Below are positions 1 to 9,737 of a stretch of 64,000 bases of DNA, piece by piece (within the stretch, counting starts at the first letter, position 1; every line of letters starts with the position of its first letter). Source of the stretch: Syntrophales bacterium (GTDB lineage: Bacteria > Desulfobacterota > Syntrophia > Syntrophales > UBA2210); the NCBI GenBank assembly GCA_963666365.2, contig CAXXNF010000001.1, forward strand, positions 1,376,001 through 1,440,000, written 5' to 3'. The notes below the pieces were generated by a model. It ran no database searches, was not told the origin of the DNA, and worked only from the letters and a program-made list of their open reading frames with translations. The translations under genes and the position numbers were made by a program.

Positions 1-20
1 GTGGAAGGAGGGATTGGTTG

Positions 21-782
21 ATGAGTCTGACCTTTGATTTTGGGGGAAAAACAGCAATCGTGACCGGCGGCGGCCGCGGAATCGGGCGTGCCATTGCCTT
101 GGGACTTGCAGGAGCCGGCGCATCCGTTGTGATTGCCGGCAGGACAAAAGAGCAGCTGGATTCTGTGGCCGCCGAGATTCGCGCATCGGGGGGAACGGCG
201 CACCCGGTAGTCACGGATCTCACGGTGAACAGCGAACTGGACAATCTTGTGGCGGAAGCCATACAGACCTTCGGCAGAATAGATATCCTGGTCAACAATG
301 CCGCCCGAAGCTTTTTGCGAAGCCTTATAGATCTCCGCGAAGACGGGTGGGACAAGGTATTCGATACAAATGTAAAGGCAGTCTGGCTTTTAAGCCGCGC
401 CGTGGCGAAGCACATGATGGAACAGAAGGGCGGGAGCATCATCAATATCACCACCGTGGGCGCCGAGAAGGCAGAGCTTGGGATGGCGGCCTACGGGTGC
501 AGTAAAGCGGCCCTCAAGATGCTCACCCGGTGCATGGCGCGGGAATGGGCCCCCTTCGGCATTCACGTCAATGCCGTCGGTCCCGGCTTGACGCGCACCG
601 ATTTCAGCAAGCCCATCTGGTCGAACCCCGATATCGCCAAACATGTGGAATCATTGCTCCCCATGGGACGCCTCGCTGAACCGGAAGAGATCGTGGGGGC
701 GGTGCTGTTCCTGGCATCGGAGGCCGCCAGCTATATCACGGGACATACCATTTATATCGATGGAGGGGCACTGACAACGTAG
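21..782 (+). CDS. Short-chain dehydrogenase/reductase (FabG-like)
   Basis: TGGGRGIG cofactor motif, LVNNAA, YGCSK catalytic motif; GGAGG upstream of ATG 21. Confidence 0.9.
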   Translation: MSLTFDFGGKTAIVTGGGRGIGRAIALGLAGAGASVVIAGRTKEQLDSVAAEIRASGGTAHPVVTDLTVNSELDNLVAEAIQTFGRIDILVNNAARSFLRSLIDLREDGWDKVFDTNVKAVWLLSRAVAKHMMEQKGGSIINITTVGAEKAELGMAAYGCSKAALKMLTRCMAREWAPFGIHVNAVGPGLTRTDFSKPIWSNPDIAKHVESLLPMGRLAEPEEIVGAVLFLASEAASYITGHTIYIDGGALTT

Positions 783-827
783 TACCACCATGAGAAAGGG
801 AATTGTGTATTCCTCTGTATATATTGA

Positions 828-1481
828 CTAAAGCTGTAGTGTCAGACGTCCCTCTTCATCAAAAAATGAGGGGTAGTGTACTCTGAATCCCTCGATGATT
901 TTGTCCTGGGGCAGGTCTTCAAAGGTGCCGTGATAGCAGACATATTCGATATGCAACCGTCCTCGACGGTCATATTGCTGAAAGACGGCATTTTCCTTCC
1001 CGTTGAACTCGACGGGATGGATATCCTGCCGTTCGCAGAGAGCTATATCGAAGGCGGGTGTGGCCTTGATCCATCTTCCGCCCAGAAACAGTTCCGCATA
1101 GCCGTGATAGGCGAAGATGTCCGTTTTCATGTACTCTCTCATCTTATCGGGTATCAGGTGATTACGGATATCGGCAAAGCCCAGCCTGCTGGGTATGTGA
1201 AGACTGCGGGCCGCCGCTGCAAGCAGCAGCGCCTTCTCCACGCAGAATCCCTCCCTTTTGGCAAGTACCCTGCCGGCGGTGAACCGGTTGCGTGTGGGAT
1301 CAACGCCATAGGGATTGTACCGAATGCCGTCGCGCACGGCATAAAAGAGTTTTGTAGCCGTTTCTTCTGCATTCTTTGACTCCCCTGCAGCCTGACGGGC
1401 AAATTCCATTACGGCAGGGGTTGTGCAATCGATTGCGTCGGTGTGACGGAGATAGGGGGTAAAATCTTGCGGGTCGGGCAT
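828..1481 (-). CDS. Transglutaminase-like cysteine protease family protein
   Basis: LFYAVRDGIRY, GFCVEKA (catalytic Cys), HGYAE (His), WIKATPAFD. Confidence 0.85.
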   Translation of the reverse strand: MPDPQDFTPYLRHTDAIDCTTPAVMEFARQAAGESKNAEETATKLFYAVRDGIRYNPYGVDPTRNRFTAGRVLAKREGFCVEKALLLAAAARSLHIPSRLGFADIRNHLIPDKMREYMKTDIFAYHGYAELFLGGRWIKATPAFDIALCERQDIHPVEFNGKENAVFQQYDRRGRLHIEYVCYHGTFEDLPQDKIIEGFRVHYPSFFDEEGRLTLQL

Positions 1482-1529
1482 AATGCTAAACTCCTGTCAT
1501 GCGTTTTAGGACTTTTTAGTATTGATTCT

Positions 1530-1616
1530 TTTTCTCCCGCAGAGGCGCAGTGATGCAGAGAAAAACAAATGTTTATTTCAATTTGTCCTCAGTGCCCCCC
1601 GCGCCTTGCGAGAAAA
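1530..1616. repeat. Degenerate CGCAGAG-type inverted repeat, copy 1
   Basis: Left arm TTTCTCCCGCAGAGGCGCAG..GCAGAG, right arm CTCAGTGCC..GCGCCTTGCGAGAAA; left arm resembles 55413-55440. Confidence 0.55.
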
Positions 1617-1643
1617 TCTGGTTTTTTATTCCCGGTGCGCTGT

Positions 1644-1662
1644 GTAACTCACTGTGAGTTAC
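1644..1662. promoter_or_regulatory. Perfect palindrome, candidate operator
   Basis: GTAACTCAC-T-GTGAGTTAC just upstream of TATAAT (1670-1675) in the divergent intergenic region. Confidence 0.4.
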
Positions 1663-1872
1663 GCTCCATTATAATGTCGATCAATCGGCATAGAAGAGCT
1701 TTTTACGAAACCGGCATTGTTGCCCTTGTGCCACAGGGCGCCGGGTTAGGTCAACGGATATTTCCCAGGCGGCCTGTGAGAAACGGTTCGAGGCTATTTT
1801 TCTTGATTCAATGCCGGAATCGATGGTACATTCTGCGTCGTCTAATGTCATACAAGGATAAATGGTGCCGAC

Positions 1873-3006
1873 ATGGCGAAAGATTTTTACGAAATTCTCG
1901 GAGTAAAAAAGGACGCCTCCGAGAGTGATATAAAGAAGGCCTACAGGAAGCTGGCGCGAAAGCTCCACCCCGATCTCAATCCGGGGGACAAAAAGGCGGA
2001 ACAACAGTTCAAAGAAGTGTCCCGTGCCTATGAATGCCTGGGAAATGCCGAGAAGAAAAAGCTTTACGATGAATTCGGAGAAGAGGGGCTGCAGCCAGGA
2101 TTTGATGCCGATCAAATGCGGCAGTACAAAGAATGGCAGTCGGCAGGCGGAAGAACGGGCGGCGGCCATGAGCAGGAGTTCGGCCGCTATCACAGCTACG
2201 AGGACATATTCGGCGATCTCTTCGGCGCTGGCGGATTTCGGCGCACCTCGTCGCAAGAGCGTTCGACCCAGGGGAGAGACGTGGAGTATGAGATGACCAT
2301 CGACTTTCTCTCGTCGTTGCGGGGAATGAAAACGGACCTGTCCATGGAAAAACCGACTTCCTGTACCCACTGTAACGGTTCGGGGAACGAGCCGGGTACA
2401 AAGCTGATCCCCTGTGAAGCCTGTGAAGGATCAGGACGGCTCAACGTGGCCGAAGGACCGATCCATTTCACACAGGTCTGCCCCCACTGCAACGGACATG
2501 GCCGTGTGGGAAAGCCCTGCACTGTCTGCAGCGGTACGGGGACCCTGCGGGGCACGGAGAAAATTCGCGTGACTATCCCGCCCGGAGTAAGCGAAGGATC
2601 GCGAATCAGAGTGACCGGAAAAGGAGAGCCGGGGGCGAAGGGGGGACCGTCGGGAGACCTCTATCTGATTATTCATGTGACATCCCACCCCTTCCTGAAG
2701 AGAAAAGGGGATGATATTTACATGGATGTTCCCATCTCGGTTCGGGAAGCACTGGTCGGCGCCACAGTGACCGTGCCCACCGTCGATGGCGATATCAAGC
2801 TGAAAATTCCACCCAAAAGCCAGAACGGAAAAGTGCTCAGGGCAAAGGGGAAGGGCGCCAGAAACCTCAAAACGAAGGTGCAGGGCGATTTGCTGGTTCG
2901 GCTGGTGGTGAAGGTTCCCGAAGCCGACGATGAGGCGGTGATTGAAGCGGCAAAGGTAATGGACCGCTATTACAAGGAAGATCTTCGACAAACAATCAGG
3001 TTGTAA
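1873..3006 (+). CDS. dnaJ: DnaJ-class chaperone with J domain, zinc finger and C-terminal domain
   Basis: HPD motif; four CxxCxGxG motifs ([32 protein letters not shown]); GDLY motif. Confidence 0.9.
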   Translation: MAKDFYEILGVKKDASESDIKKAYRKLARKLHPDLNPGDKKAEQQFKEVSRAYECLGNAEKKKLYDEFGEEGLQPGFDADQMRQYKEWQSAGGRTGGGHEQEFGRYHSYEDIFGDLFGAGGFRRTSSQERSTQGRDVEYEMTIDFLSSLRGMKTDLSMEKPTSCTHCNGSGNEPGTKLIPCEACEGSGRLNVAEGPIHFTQVCPHCNGHGRVGKPCTVCSGTGTLRGTEKIRVTIPPGVSEGSRIRVTGKGEPGAKGGPSGDLYLIIHVTSHPFLKRKGDDIYMDVPISVREALVGATVTVPTVDGDIKLKIPPKSQNGKVLRAKGKGARNLKTKVQGDLLVRLVVKVPEADDEAVIEAAKVMDRYYKEDLRQTIRL

Positions 3007-3009
3007 GGC

Positions 3010-3315
3010 ATGACCAAGGAGTTTTGGACCATATCGGAAGTAATTGAGATCTTCGAGGTGGAAAGGGGGTTTCTATCCGACCTTGAAGAAGAGGATATCG
3101 TCTGCCCCTGTGTGGCCGAAGACGCAACGGAGCGCGGCTACCGGTCCGATGAGATGGATACGCTGCGCCTTGTGAAGATTCTCGTAGACGATTTTGAGGT
3201 CAACCTTTCGGGGGTTGATATCATTTTGAGGATGCGCCGGCAGATGATCGACATGAGGCGCCAGTTTGACGCAATCCTCGAGGATCTGGCGGAAAAGCTT
3301 CGCCAAGAGCAGTGA
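3010..3315 (+). CDS. CbpM/HspR-like MerR-fold chaperone modulator
   Basis: 101 aa directly after dnaJ; L..DFEVNLSGVDIIL pattern and C-terminal coiled coil. Confidence 0.75.
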   Translation: MTKEFWTISEVIEIFEVERGFLSDLEEEDIVCPCVAEDATERGYRSDEMDTLRLVKILVDDFEVNLSGVDIILRMRRQMIDMRRQFDAILEDLAEKLRQEQ

Positions 3316-3361
3316 GTGGTCTCCTTTCTAATCTCTGCTGAAATCAAGGGACGAAAGGGCG

Positions 3362-4864
3362 TCAACTCCCTTCGGGCGCTACGGGATCAGGTGCGTCCTG
3401 ATCGAAAAAAACGCGGTCCTTTCCCTCTTGCTTGGCACGATACATATTTTTATCGGCCCGTTTGAGAAAGCTGGAAAACTGTTCTTCGAAGGTATATTGC
3501 GCAACGCCTATGCTCACGGTGACCTGAACCACATCATCCCCCTGGGGGTAAAATCGTTCCCTCCTGAATTCTTTCCGTATCCGCTGGGCAAGCACCACGG
3601 CTGCCTCCCCCTCCGTTTCCGGAAGAATCGCCGTAAATTCCTCTCCGCCGAAACGAAAGGCCAGATCTGTTTTCCGAAGGCACTGCAGCATGACCTCGCC
3701 GAGCCGTACAAGCACTTCATCCCCTTCCAGATGTCCGTAGGTGTCGTTATAGTTTTTGAAGTTGTCAATGTCGAGAAAGAGCAGCGTCAGCGGGTGATGA
3801 TATCGATTGGACCGTTCAATTTCAGTGCGCAGCTGTTGATAAAAGTAGCGCCCGTTGAAGAGTTTCGTCAGTCCATCGGTAATACTGAGGGTCCGGTATT
3901 TTTTTTCGTTCGCTCTCAGGGCTTCCTCGGCAAGTTTTCTTCCCGTAATATCTTCCAGTGTTTCCATGGCGCCCAACAACATTCCTTCGGAATCCCTCAG
4001 CACAGCCGCGGTGAAGCGTAGCCATTTCCCCGTATCTCCCATGGCCGGAAAAAAATCCGTTCCTTCGCAGGCCTCGTCAATCAACTTTGATTTTGTATAA
4101 TTTTCCGCATACCAGAGGGGGATTTCCTCGATTTGTTCTTCCACGAGAATGTCGGCCATGCAGGGGCGTTCCTCATTGTAAAAGGCCTTCCAGTGATTTC
4201 TTGTGCCGTTGATTTCTTCCGCCTTGATCTTACTGATTTCTTCGAGCGCCCTGTTCCAGTAGATGACCTTGTGGTCCGTTCCAATGACGAAGGTCGGAAT
4301 GGGGGAACCCTCCAGGATGGCCTTGAGCCGTTCTTCGCTATTTTTCAGTGCCTCCTCGGCGTTTCTCCGATCCGTAATATCTTCCAGTGTTTCGATAGAG
4401 CCGAAAAGCTCGCCTTCCCCATCCCTCAGCACTGCCGCGGTACAGCGAAGCCATTTTCCTTTCTCACCCAAATGGGGAAAATAGTCGGTTATTTCATAGG
4501 CTTCATCGCTCAGATCGGACTTACGCCATCGGCCGGGGTACCAATGATCCAGATCCTCGATATGCTGATTGACCATAAGGTCGGCCAGTGAAGGTCGCCT
4601 GTCGGAATAAAAACGCTTCCAGGGAGATTCCGCCTTCGGAAGCTGCGCCGCTTTCACCCCGCTCAGCGCTTCCATCGCCTTGTTCCAGTATATTATTCTG
4701 TGCTCTTTCGTGATAACGAAAGTCGGTATGGGAGAACCTTCGAGAATAATTCTCATTTTTTGATCATCTTCCCGGCGGTCCCGACGCTGCTTTCTCCGCT
4801 CCACAAACACGCTCCTTACTTCCCTGATTACACCATGCGACCCCTTCTCGTCGAGCTTTTCCAT
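3362..4864 (-). CDS. PAS-PAS-GGDEF diguanylate cyclase
   Basis: Two ILEGSPIPTFVI...LEDIT PAS/PAC repeats; DIDNFK, GGEEF active site, RxxD I-site (RKTD). Confidence 0.93.
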   Translation of the reverse strand: MEKLDEKGSHGVIREVRSVFVERRKQRRDRREDDQKMRIILEGSPIPTFVITKEHRIIYWNKAMEALSGVKAAQLPKAESPWKRFYSDRRPSLADLMVNQHIEDLDHWYPGRWRKSDLSDEAYEITDYFPHLGEKGKWLRCTAAVLRDGEGELFGSIETLEDITDRRNAEEALKNSEERLKAILEGSPIPTFVIGTDHKVIYWNRALEEISKIKAEEINGTRNHWKAFYNEERPCMADILVEEQIEEIPLWYAENYTKSKLIDEACEGTDFFPAMGDTGKWLRFTAAVLRDSEGMLLGAMETLEDITGRKLAEEALRANEKKYRTLSITDGLTKLFNGRYFYQQLRTEIERSNRYHHPLTLLFLDIDNFKNYNDTYGHLEGDEVLVRLGEVMLQCLRKTDLAFRFGGEEFTAILPETEGEAAVVLAQRIRKEFRRERFYPQGDDVVQVTVSIGVAQYTFEEQFSSFLKRADKNMYRAKQEGKDRVFFDQDAPDPVAPEGS

Positions 4865-4992
4865 GTCCCCTCCGTAAACGGTTGCTTCTCGCTGCGGAGA
4901 GACAGTCTCTCCGCGCCCCGATTACCCACGATCGATATCACGAACAGGAAGATCAGAAAAAAAGAAAAACCACGTTACATTCGGACAGCTTC

Positions 4993-5020
4993 AGTATAGC
5001 AAAAAATATTCTTCAGTCAA
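4993..5020 (-). promoter_or_regulatory. Sigma70-like promoter for the diguanylate cyclase
   Basis: Minus strand TTGACT-N16-TATACT with extended -10 TG. Confidence 0.5.
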
Positions 5021-5059
5021 CAGAAGAAGATTGGAATGCCCTGAGGCGGCTTCCTTGTT

Positions 5060-6274
5060 CTAACAGCAGAAAATGCCCTTTTCATATATGGTGATACTGC
5101 CGCCGCCTGTAAGTTTCGCCGTGATCCGTTTGTCCTCGGTGTTGACCAGGTCCCAGTGGAGTGCGGAGTCGTTGAATCCCAGGGCCCGTTTTCGTTCTTT
5201 CGTTAGCTCTCCGGGATCGCCTGCGTAAGTGTCCGAGTAGGAAGATCCAAGGGCGATGTGACAGTTCCCGTAACGCCCACCGTGATTTTCATCGAAAAGC
5301 GTATCGGCCATGAAGGTGTCGATTCTTGAAAAGCGCCTGTCGGTGAGTGAAAATTCTCCTACCCGGCCGGCGCCGCGATCCATGGCGATTTGTTGTTTGA
5401 CGAAATTTTCCCCCTCTTCCGCCGTGACGTTGACCACTGACCCCCTTTCAAATTCGAGCCGCACGCCTTTGACGTAATTGCCGCTTCTGAAGGAAGGCTG
5501 GTCTGCATAAAAGACGCCACGGGTTCCGCGCCAGTCGGGAGAAACAAAAATTTCGAAGCTTGGGATGTTGTGGCCGGAAACACCGATCCACTTTCGCTCT
5601 TTTCCCTCAGTGACCCAAAGATCCGCGCCAGCCGACTCAAGATGAATCGACTGAATATCGAGGCTGTTCAGCCACCTTTTAATGGCGCCGGCCTTTTTGT
5701 ACACCTGTGCCCATTGGGACAGGGGGTTTTCATGGTCGAGAAAACAGGCCTTTATGATCTGCCGTGAATATTCAGCAAAGGAAAGTCTCGCCTGCCGCGC
5801 CAGTTCCTCTGTGGGATATGTGCACAGGGTCCAGCCGTAGCGTCCCTCCTCCTCGCGCGCGACAAGTCGTTCCCTCAGCGGTTTTCGTGCCACCAGAGCG
5901 GCGCCGATCTTTTTGGGGTCCACCGAGGCAAGGTGGGTGAGCGATTCAGGGGCATGAAGATAGATGCTGCCGTTTAGGGAATCGATAAGCTCCCGGTCGC
6001 CCGGGGGTTGGAAGATAATCTGTCCCCTGGAGGCCTTGTCGTAAAAATCAAATTCCATGCGTGACGTCAGTGTCATGCGCGGAATTGCATGCAGTTTCCT
6101 GTCCAGAAGGTGGCCGTAGACGACTTCTGCCAAGGGAAGCGCCGCATGATCGAACCGGAGTGTGACGATGTCGCCGGCCTTGAAGGGCCGGGTGCGTGAC
6201 GTGCGGAGGCCCCAGAGCAGTACGTCGGCGTAGCGCTCCATCTGTTCCGCGGTAAGTCCTTCTGCGTGTTTCAT
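5060..6274 (-). CDS. Aminopeptidase, peptidase M29 family
   Basis: NIPSFEIF, GEFSL, TLFDEN, HIALG, SALHWD metal-ligand motifs. Confidence 0.9.
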   Translation of the reverse strand: MKHAEGLTAEQMERYADVLLWGLRTSRTRPFKAGDIVTLRFDHAALPLAEVVYGHLLDRKLHAIPRMTLTSRMEFDFYDKASRGQIIFQPPGDRELIDSLNGSIYLHAPESLTHLASVDPKKIGAALVARKPLRERLVAREEEGRYGWTLCTYPTEELARQARLSFAEYSRQIIKACFLDHENPLSQWAQVYKKAGAIKRWLNSLDIQSIHLESAGADLWVTEGKERKWIGVSGHNIPSFEIFVSPDWRGTRGVFYADQPSFRSGNYVKGVRLEFERGSVVNVTAEEGENFVKQQIAMDRGAGRVGEFSLTDRRFSRIDTFMADTLFDENHGGRYGNCHIALGSSYSDTYAGDPGELTKERKRALGFNDSALHWDLVNTEDKRITAKLTGGGSITIYEKGIFCC

Positions 6275-6297
6275 AGATGTCGTCCTGTATAATGCTC

Positions 6298-6864
6298 CTA
6301 TTTTTCGGAAAAAATCTTATCGAAGAAATCCTTTTGATCTTTGGGATAATAGATGGTCGTGCCCCTGTCGATAATAAGCGTCCCCTCGAGATGATCGATT
6401 TCGTGCTGGACCACGCGGGCAAGGTAGCCCGTGTAGCGCTTGTTGATTTTCCGCCCTTCCCGGTCCAGGCCCTTTACCTTGATGGATGTGGAACGCACCA
6501 CGTCGACGGTGATGGAAGGGCAGGAAAGGCAGCCTTCACTGTCCTTTTCGGTATCTCCTCTGGTCTGGGTGATGCGGGGATTGATCAGCACCTCAAAGTC
6601 GTCGCCGTCTTTAGAAAGCGGTGTTCGATTGTTGAGGTTTTTGCTTCGGAACACAATGATTTTTTTGCTGATTCCAATCTGCGGCGCCGCAAGACCGGCG
6701 GCGTCGTCACGACTGCAGAAGGCATCGATCAGTGTGTCGATGTCTTCCTTGTCTTTCGCGGTGAACGGCAGGGGAAGCTCGGCAGCCTTCCTTCTCAGCA
6801 GCTTCGATTCCTCTTCATTTATCTGATTATCTGCCCAGAGGCGCCATGTTTTGTGTGACGGCAT
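6298..6864 (-). CDS. def: Peptide deformylase
   Basis: GLAAPQIG, EGCLS, QHEIDHL motifs. Confidence 0.93.
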   Translation of the reverse strand: MPSHKTWRLWADNQINEEESKLLRRKAAELPLPFTAKDKEDIDTLIDAFCSRDDAAGLAAPQIGISKKIIVFRSKNLNNRTPLSKDGDDFEVLINPRITQTRGDTEKDSEGCLSCPSITVDVVRSTSIKVKGLDREGRKINKRYTGYLARVVQHEIDHLEGTLIIDRGTTIYYPKDQKDFFDKIFSEK

Positions 6865-7017
6865 GTTCTACTCCATCGAAAATTTTTATGCCACCGAGTA
6901 TATCACTAGAGGGTGCATATTTCAATCATGTTGAATATTATGTGCAATCTTGATAGTAGAGGTGAAAACAGCGAAGGGGTTGCAGGAGGGAAGAGCAGTG
7001 CGGGAGAGGATATAGAG

Positions 7018-8265
7018 GTGCTTGGCGAACTGATAACACGGGCGGCGCGGCGGGAGTTTTCCCGCGCCATGACTTTCGGGGATGGAGAATCTCCCTGCAT
7101 AGAACGGGGAGACGGCGAACCTCTGCGACTTTTGTACCTTCATGTTCCCTTTTGCGAAAGTCTTTGCCCCTATTGCTCCTTCAATCGAGTTCCCTTTGAA
7201 GAGACCCTGTGCCGAAACTATTTCAAGGCCCTGCGGAGGGAAATATCGCTCTACGAACGATTGGGCTACGATTTTGGCGGCGTCTACGTCGGCGGGGGCA
7301 CCCCGACGATCCTGATCGACGAGCTTGAAGAGACCCTTGCGCAGGTACGACGGGTCTTTTCAATTCGGGAAATCTCCGTCGAAACGAATCCCAATCATCT
7401 GACCGGAGACAATATAGCCATACTCAAGCGGGCGGGAACCAACCGGCTTTCCGTGGGGATACAAAGTTTTGACGACAGCCTTCTCAAGGCGATGGGCCGA
7501 TATCACAAGTACGGCGACGGCGCCTCCATTGCCGCGCAGTTGCGCAAAACCCTCGGGTGCTTCGATACACTGAACGCCGATATGATCTTCAATTTTCCGA
7601 GCCAGACCGAGGCCTCGCTCGCCGCCGATCTCGATATACTGGCGGCAACGGGGGTGGACCAGGTGACCTATTACCCGCTGATGGTGTCGGATTCGACGAA
7701 GAAAGACGTGACGCGGGCTTTGGGGAGAGTTGATTACGGGCGGGAAAGGCGTTTCTATGCCCAGATCGTCGCTCGCCTTGTGCCGGAATACCGGTTTTCG
7801 TCGGCCTGGTGTTTTTCAAGGAAGAATGCCATGATCGATGAGTATATCGTCGATTACGATGAGTATGCCGGGTTGGGAAGCGGGTCCATCGGCTACATGA
7901 AGGGAAGGTGCTACGCCAATACCTTCGGCATTCAGGAATATATCGATCGCCTCGAAGGGGGTGCACTGCCCCTGATGGCGTCGCGCACCTTTAAAAGAAG
8001 GGAATTGATTCGCTACGATTTTATGATGAAGCTCTTTGGTTGTACCCTTCCCCTTCGATCGCTGCTCGAAAAGTACGGTCCCGCATCGATTGTGCTCTTG
8101 ATCGGCGATATCGCCCCCTTTGTTCTGGCGGGGGGGCTGCGCTACCGCCGCGGTGCGTTCCACCTTACGGCACGGGGCCGGTACTACTGGGTAGTGATGA
8201 TGCGTGAATTTTTCACTGCCGTAAACAACTTTCGGGATTTTTGCCGCAACAGTCAGGGAATGTGA
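7018..8265 (+). CDS. HemN-family class C radical SAM enzyme, probable menaquinone methyltransferase (MenK/MqnK-like)
   Basis: CESLCPYC, YVGGGTPT, QVTYYPLM, IDEY..Y.GLGSGS; GTG start chosen after GGAGAGG. Confidence 0.7.
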   Translation: MLGELITRAARREFSRAMTFGDGESPCIERGDGEPLRLLYLHVPFCESLCPYCSFNRVPFEETLCRNYFKALRREISLYERLGYDFGGVYVGGGTPTILIDELEETLAQVRRVFSIREISVETNPNHLTGDNIAILKRAGTNRLSVGIQSFDDSLLKAMGRYHKYGDGASIAAQLRKTLGCFDTLNADMIFNFPSQTEASLAADLDILAATGVDQVTYYPLMVSDSTKKDVTRALGRVDYGRERRFYAQIVARLVPEYRFSSAWCFSRKNAMIDEYIVDYDEYAGLGSGSIGYMKGRCYANTFGIQEYIDRLEGGALPLMASRTFKRRELIRYDFMMKLFGCTLPLRSLLEKYGPASIVLLIGDIAPFVLAGGLRYRRGAFHLTARGRYYWVVMMREFFTAVNNFRDFCRNSQGM

Positions 8266-8272
8266 GGCTGCC

Positions 8273-9712
8273 ATGAAGAATGACACACAAGAGGCGTTGC
8301 GATTGCTGCCGAAGATGGATGAGGTGATTCGCCTTTTGGAGGGGACCGATCTGGCCGAAAGGTTTCCCCGGCATCTCGTCGTGGAAGCCTGCCGGTCGGC
8401 AGTGGACCGGATGCGGGGGGCCATTATGAAGGCAAAAAGGGGTTCTGTCCCGCATCCCTCTGCCGAGGGCGCTGCCGCACTGGCAAGGGCACGCCTCGAA
8501 AAACTTGCCGGCCGCAGTCTTCGAAGGGTGGTGAATGCCACAGGAATTATTCTCCATACCAACCTGGGAAGGGCGCCGCTCTGCGAAGAGGCTCTGGAAC
8601 AAGTCGCTTCGGTAAGTGCAGGCTATTCGAATCTGGAATTCGATCTTGAAGAGGGCGCACGGGGTCTGCGGTACGATCACGTGCGGGATATGCTCTGCGC
8701 GCTGACCGGCGCTGAGGATGCCCTTGTGGTGAACAATAATGCCGCCGCCGTGCTGCTTGTGCTCAACACCCTGGCCGAAGGAAAAGAAGCCATTGTATCC
8801 CGGGGGGAACTGATCGAGATCGGAGGGGAGTTCCGCATTCCCGAGGTAATGCAGAAAAGCGGGTCCATCCTCGTAGAAACAGGCACCACGAACAGAACGC
8901 ATTTGTCCGATTACGTAAATGCCGTCAGCGACGCCACAGGTATTATTCTGAAGGTGCATACCAGCAATTTCAGGACCGTCGGATTTACCGAAGAGGTGGA
9001 ATCCCGGACCCTGGTCGAGCTGGGAAGACAGCGGGGAATTCCCGTAATGAACGATCTCGGCAGCGGCTGTTTTATCGATCTCGAGCAGTTCGGGCTCGTT
9101 CACGAACCGACGGTGCAGGAAGTGGTCCGCTCAGGTGTGGACGTGGTGACCTTCAGCGGCGACAAACTGCTGGGCGGCCCCCAGGCGGGGATCATTGTGG
9201 GAAGAGAGGAAATCCTTTTGAAAATAAAGAAGAATCCGCTTAACCGGGCCCTTCGGATCGACAAGCTGACACTGGCTGCACTGGAGGCCACCCTGAAACA
9301 GTACCTCCTTATCGAAGAGGCGCCCCTGCATCTTCGTGTTCTTCACGCCCTCACGGCGCCTCTCGCAGAGATTCAGGGGCGGGCTGAAATGCTGCAGGCC
9401 CGTCTTGAGGCACTTCACGATGGCCGGTTCACCTTTGCGCTGAAAAAAGGGGCCTCCCTCGCCGGAGGCGGATCGCTTCCCACCCAGGAATTTCCGACTG
9501 TGGTCGTCGCGATCAGGGCGGAACACCTTTCGGCGAACAGGCTCGAGGCAAGGCTTCGCCGACTTCCCGTACCCATTGTGGGAAGGATCTATGACGAAGA
9601 GGTGCTCCTTGATCCGCGCACGATTTCCGATGATGAAATCCCTCTTGTCGTGGAGGGCTTTACCGCACTCGTCCAGGAACAGCGCGTGCCCTCTTCCTTG
9701 GATACTCCCTGA
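8273..9712 (+). CDS. selA: L-seryl-tRNA(Sec) selenium transferase
   Basis: VNATGIILHTNLGRA, SRGELIEIGG, FSGDKLLGGPQAG (PLP Lys), RALRIDK. Confidence 0.97.
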   Translation: MKNDTQEALRLLPKMDEVIRLLEGTDLAERFPRHLVVEACRSAVDRMRGAIMKAKRGSVPHPSAEGAAALARARLEKLAGRSLRRVVNATGIILHTNLGRAPLCEEALEQVASVSAGYSNLEFDLEEGARGLRYDHVRDMLCALTGAEDALVVNNNAAAVLLVLNTLAEGKEAIVSRGELIEIGGEFRIPEVMQKSGSILVETGTTNRTHLSDYVNAVSDATGIILKVHTSNFRTVGFTEEVESRTLVELGRQRGIPVMNDLGSGCFIDLEQFGLVHEPTVQEVVRSGVDVVTFSGDKLLGGPQAGIIVGREEILLKIKKNPLNRALRIDKLTLAALEATLKQYLLIEEAPLHLRVLHALTAPLAEIQGRAEMLQARLEALHDGRFTFALKKGASLAGGGSLPTQEFPTVVVAIRAEHLSANRLEARLRRLPVPIVGRIYDEEVLLDPRTISDDEIPLVVEGFTALVQEQRVPSSLDTP

Positions 9713-9737
9713 AGAGAAACGGTCAGGATAGAAGGTC

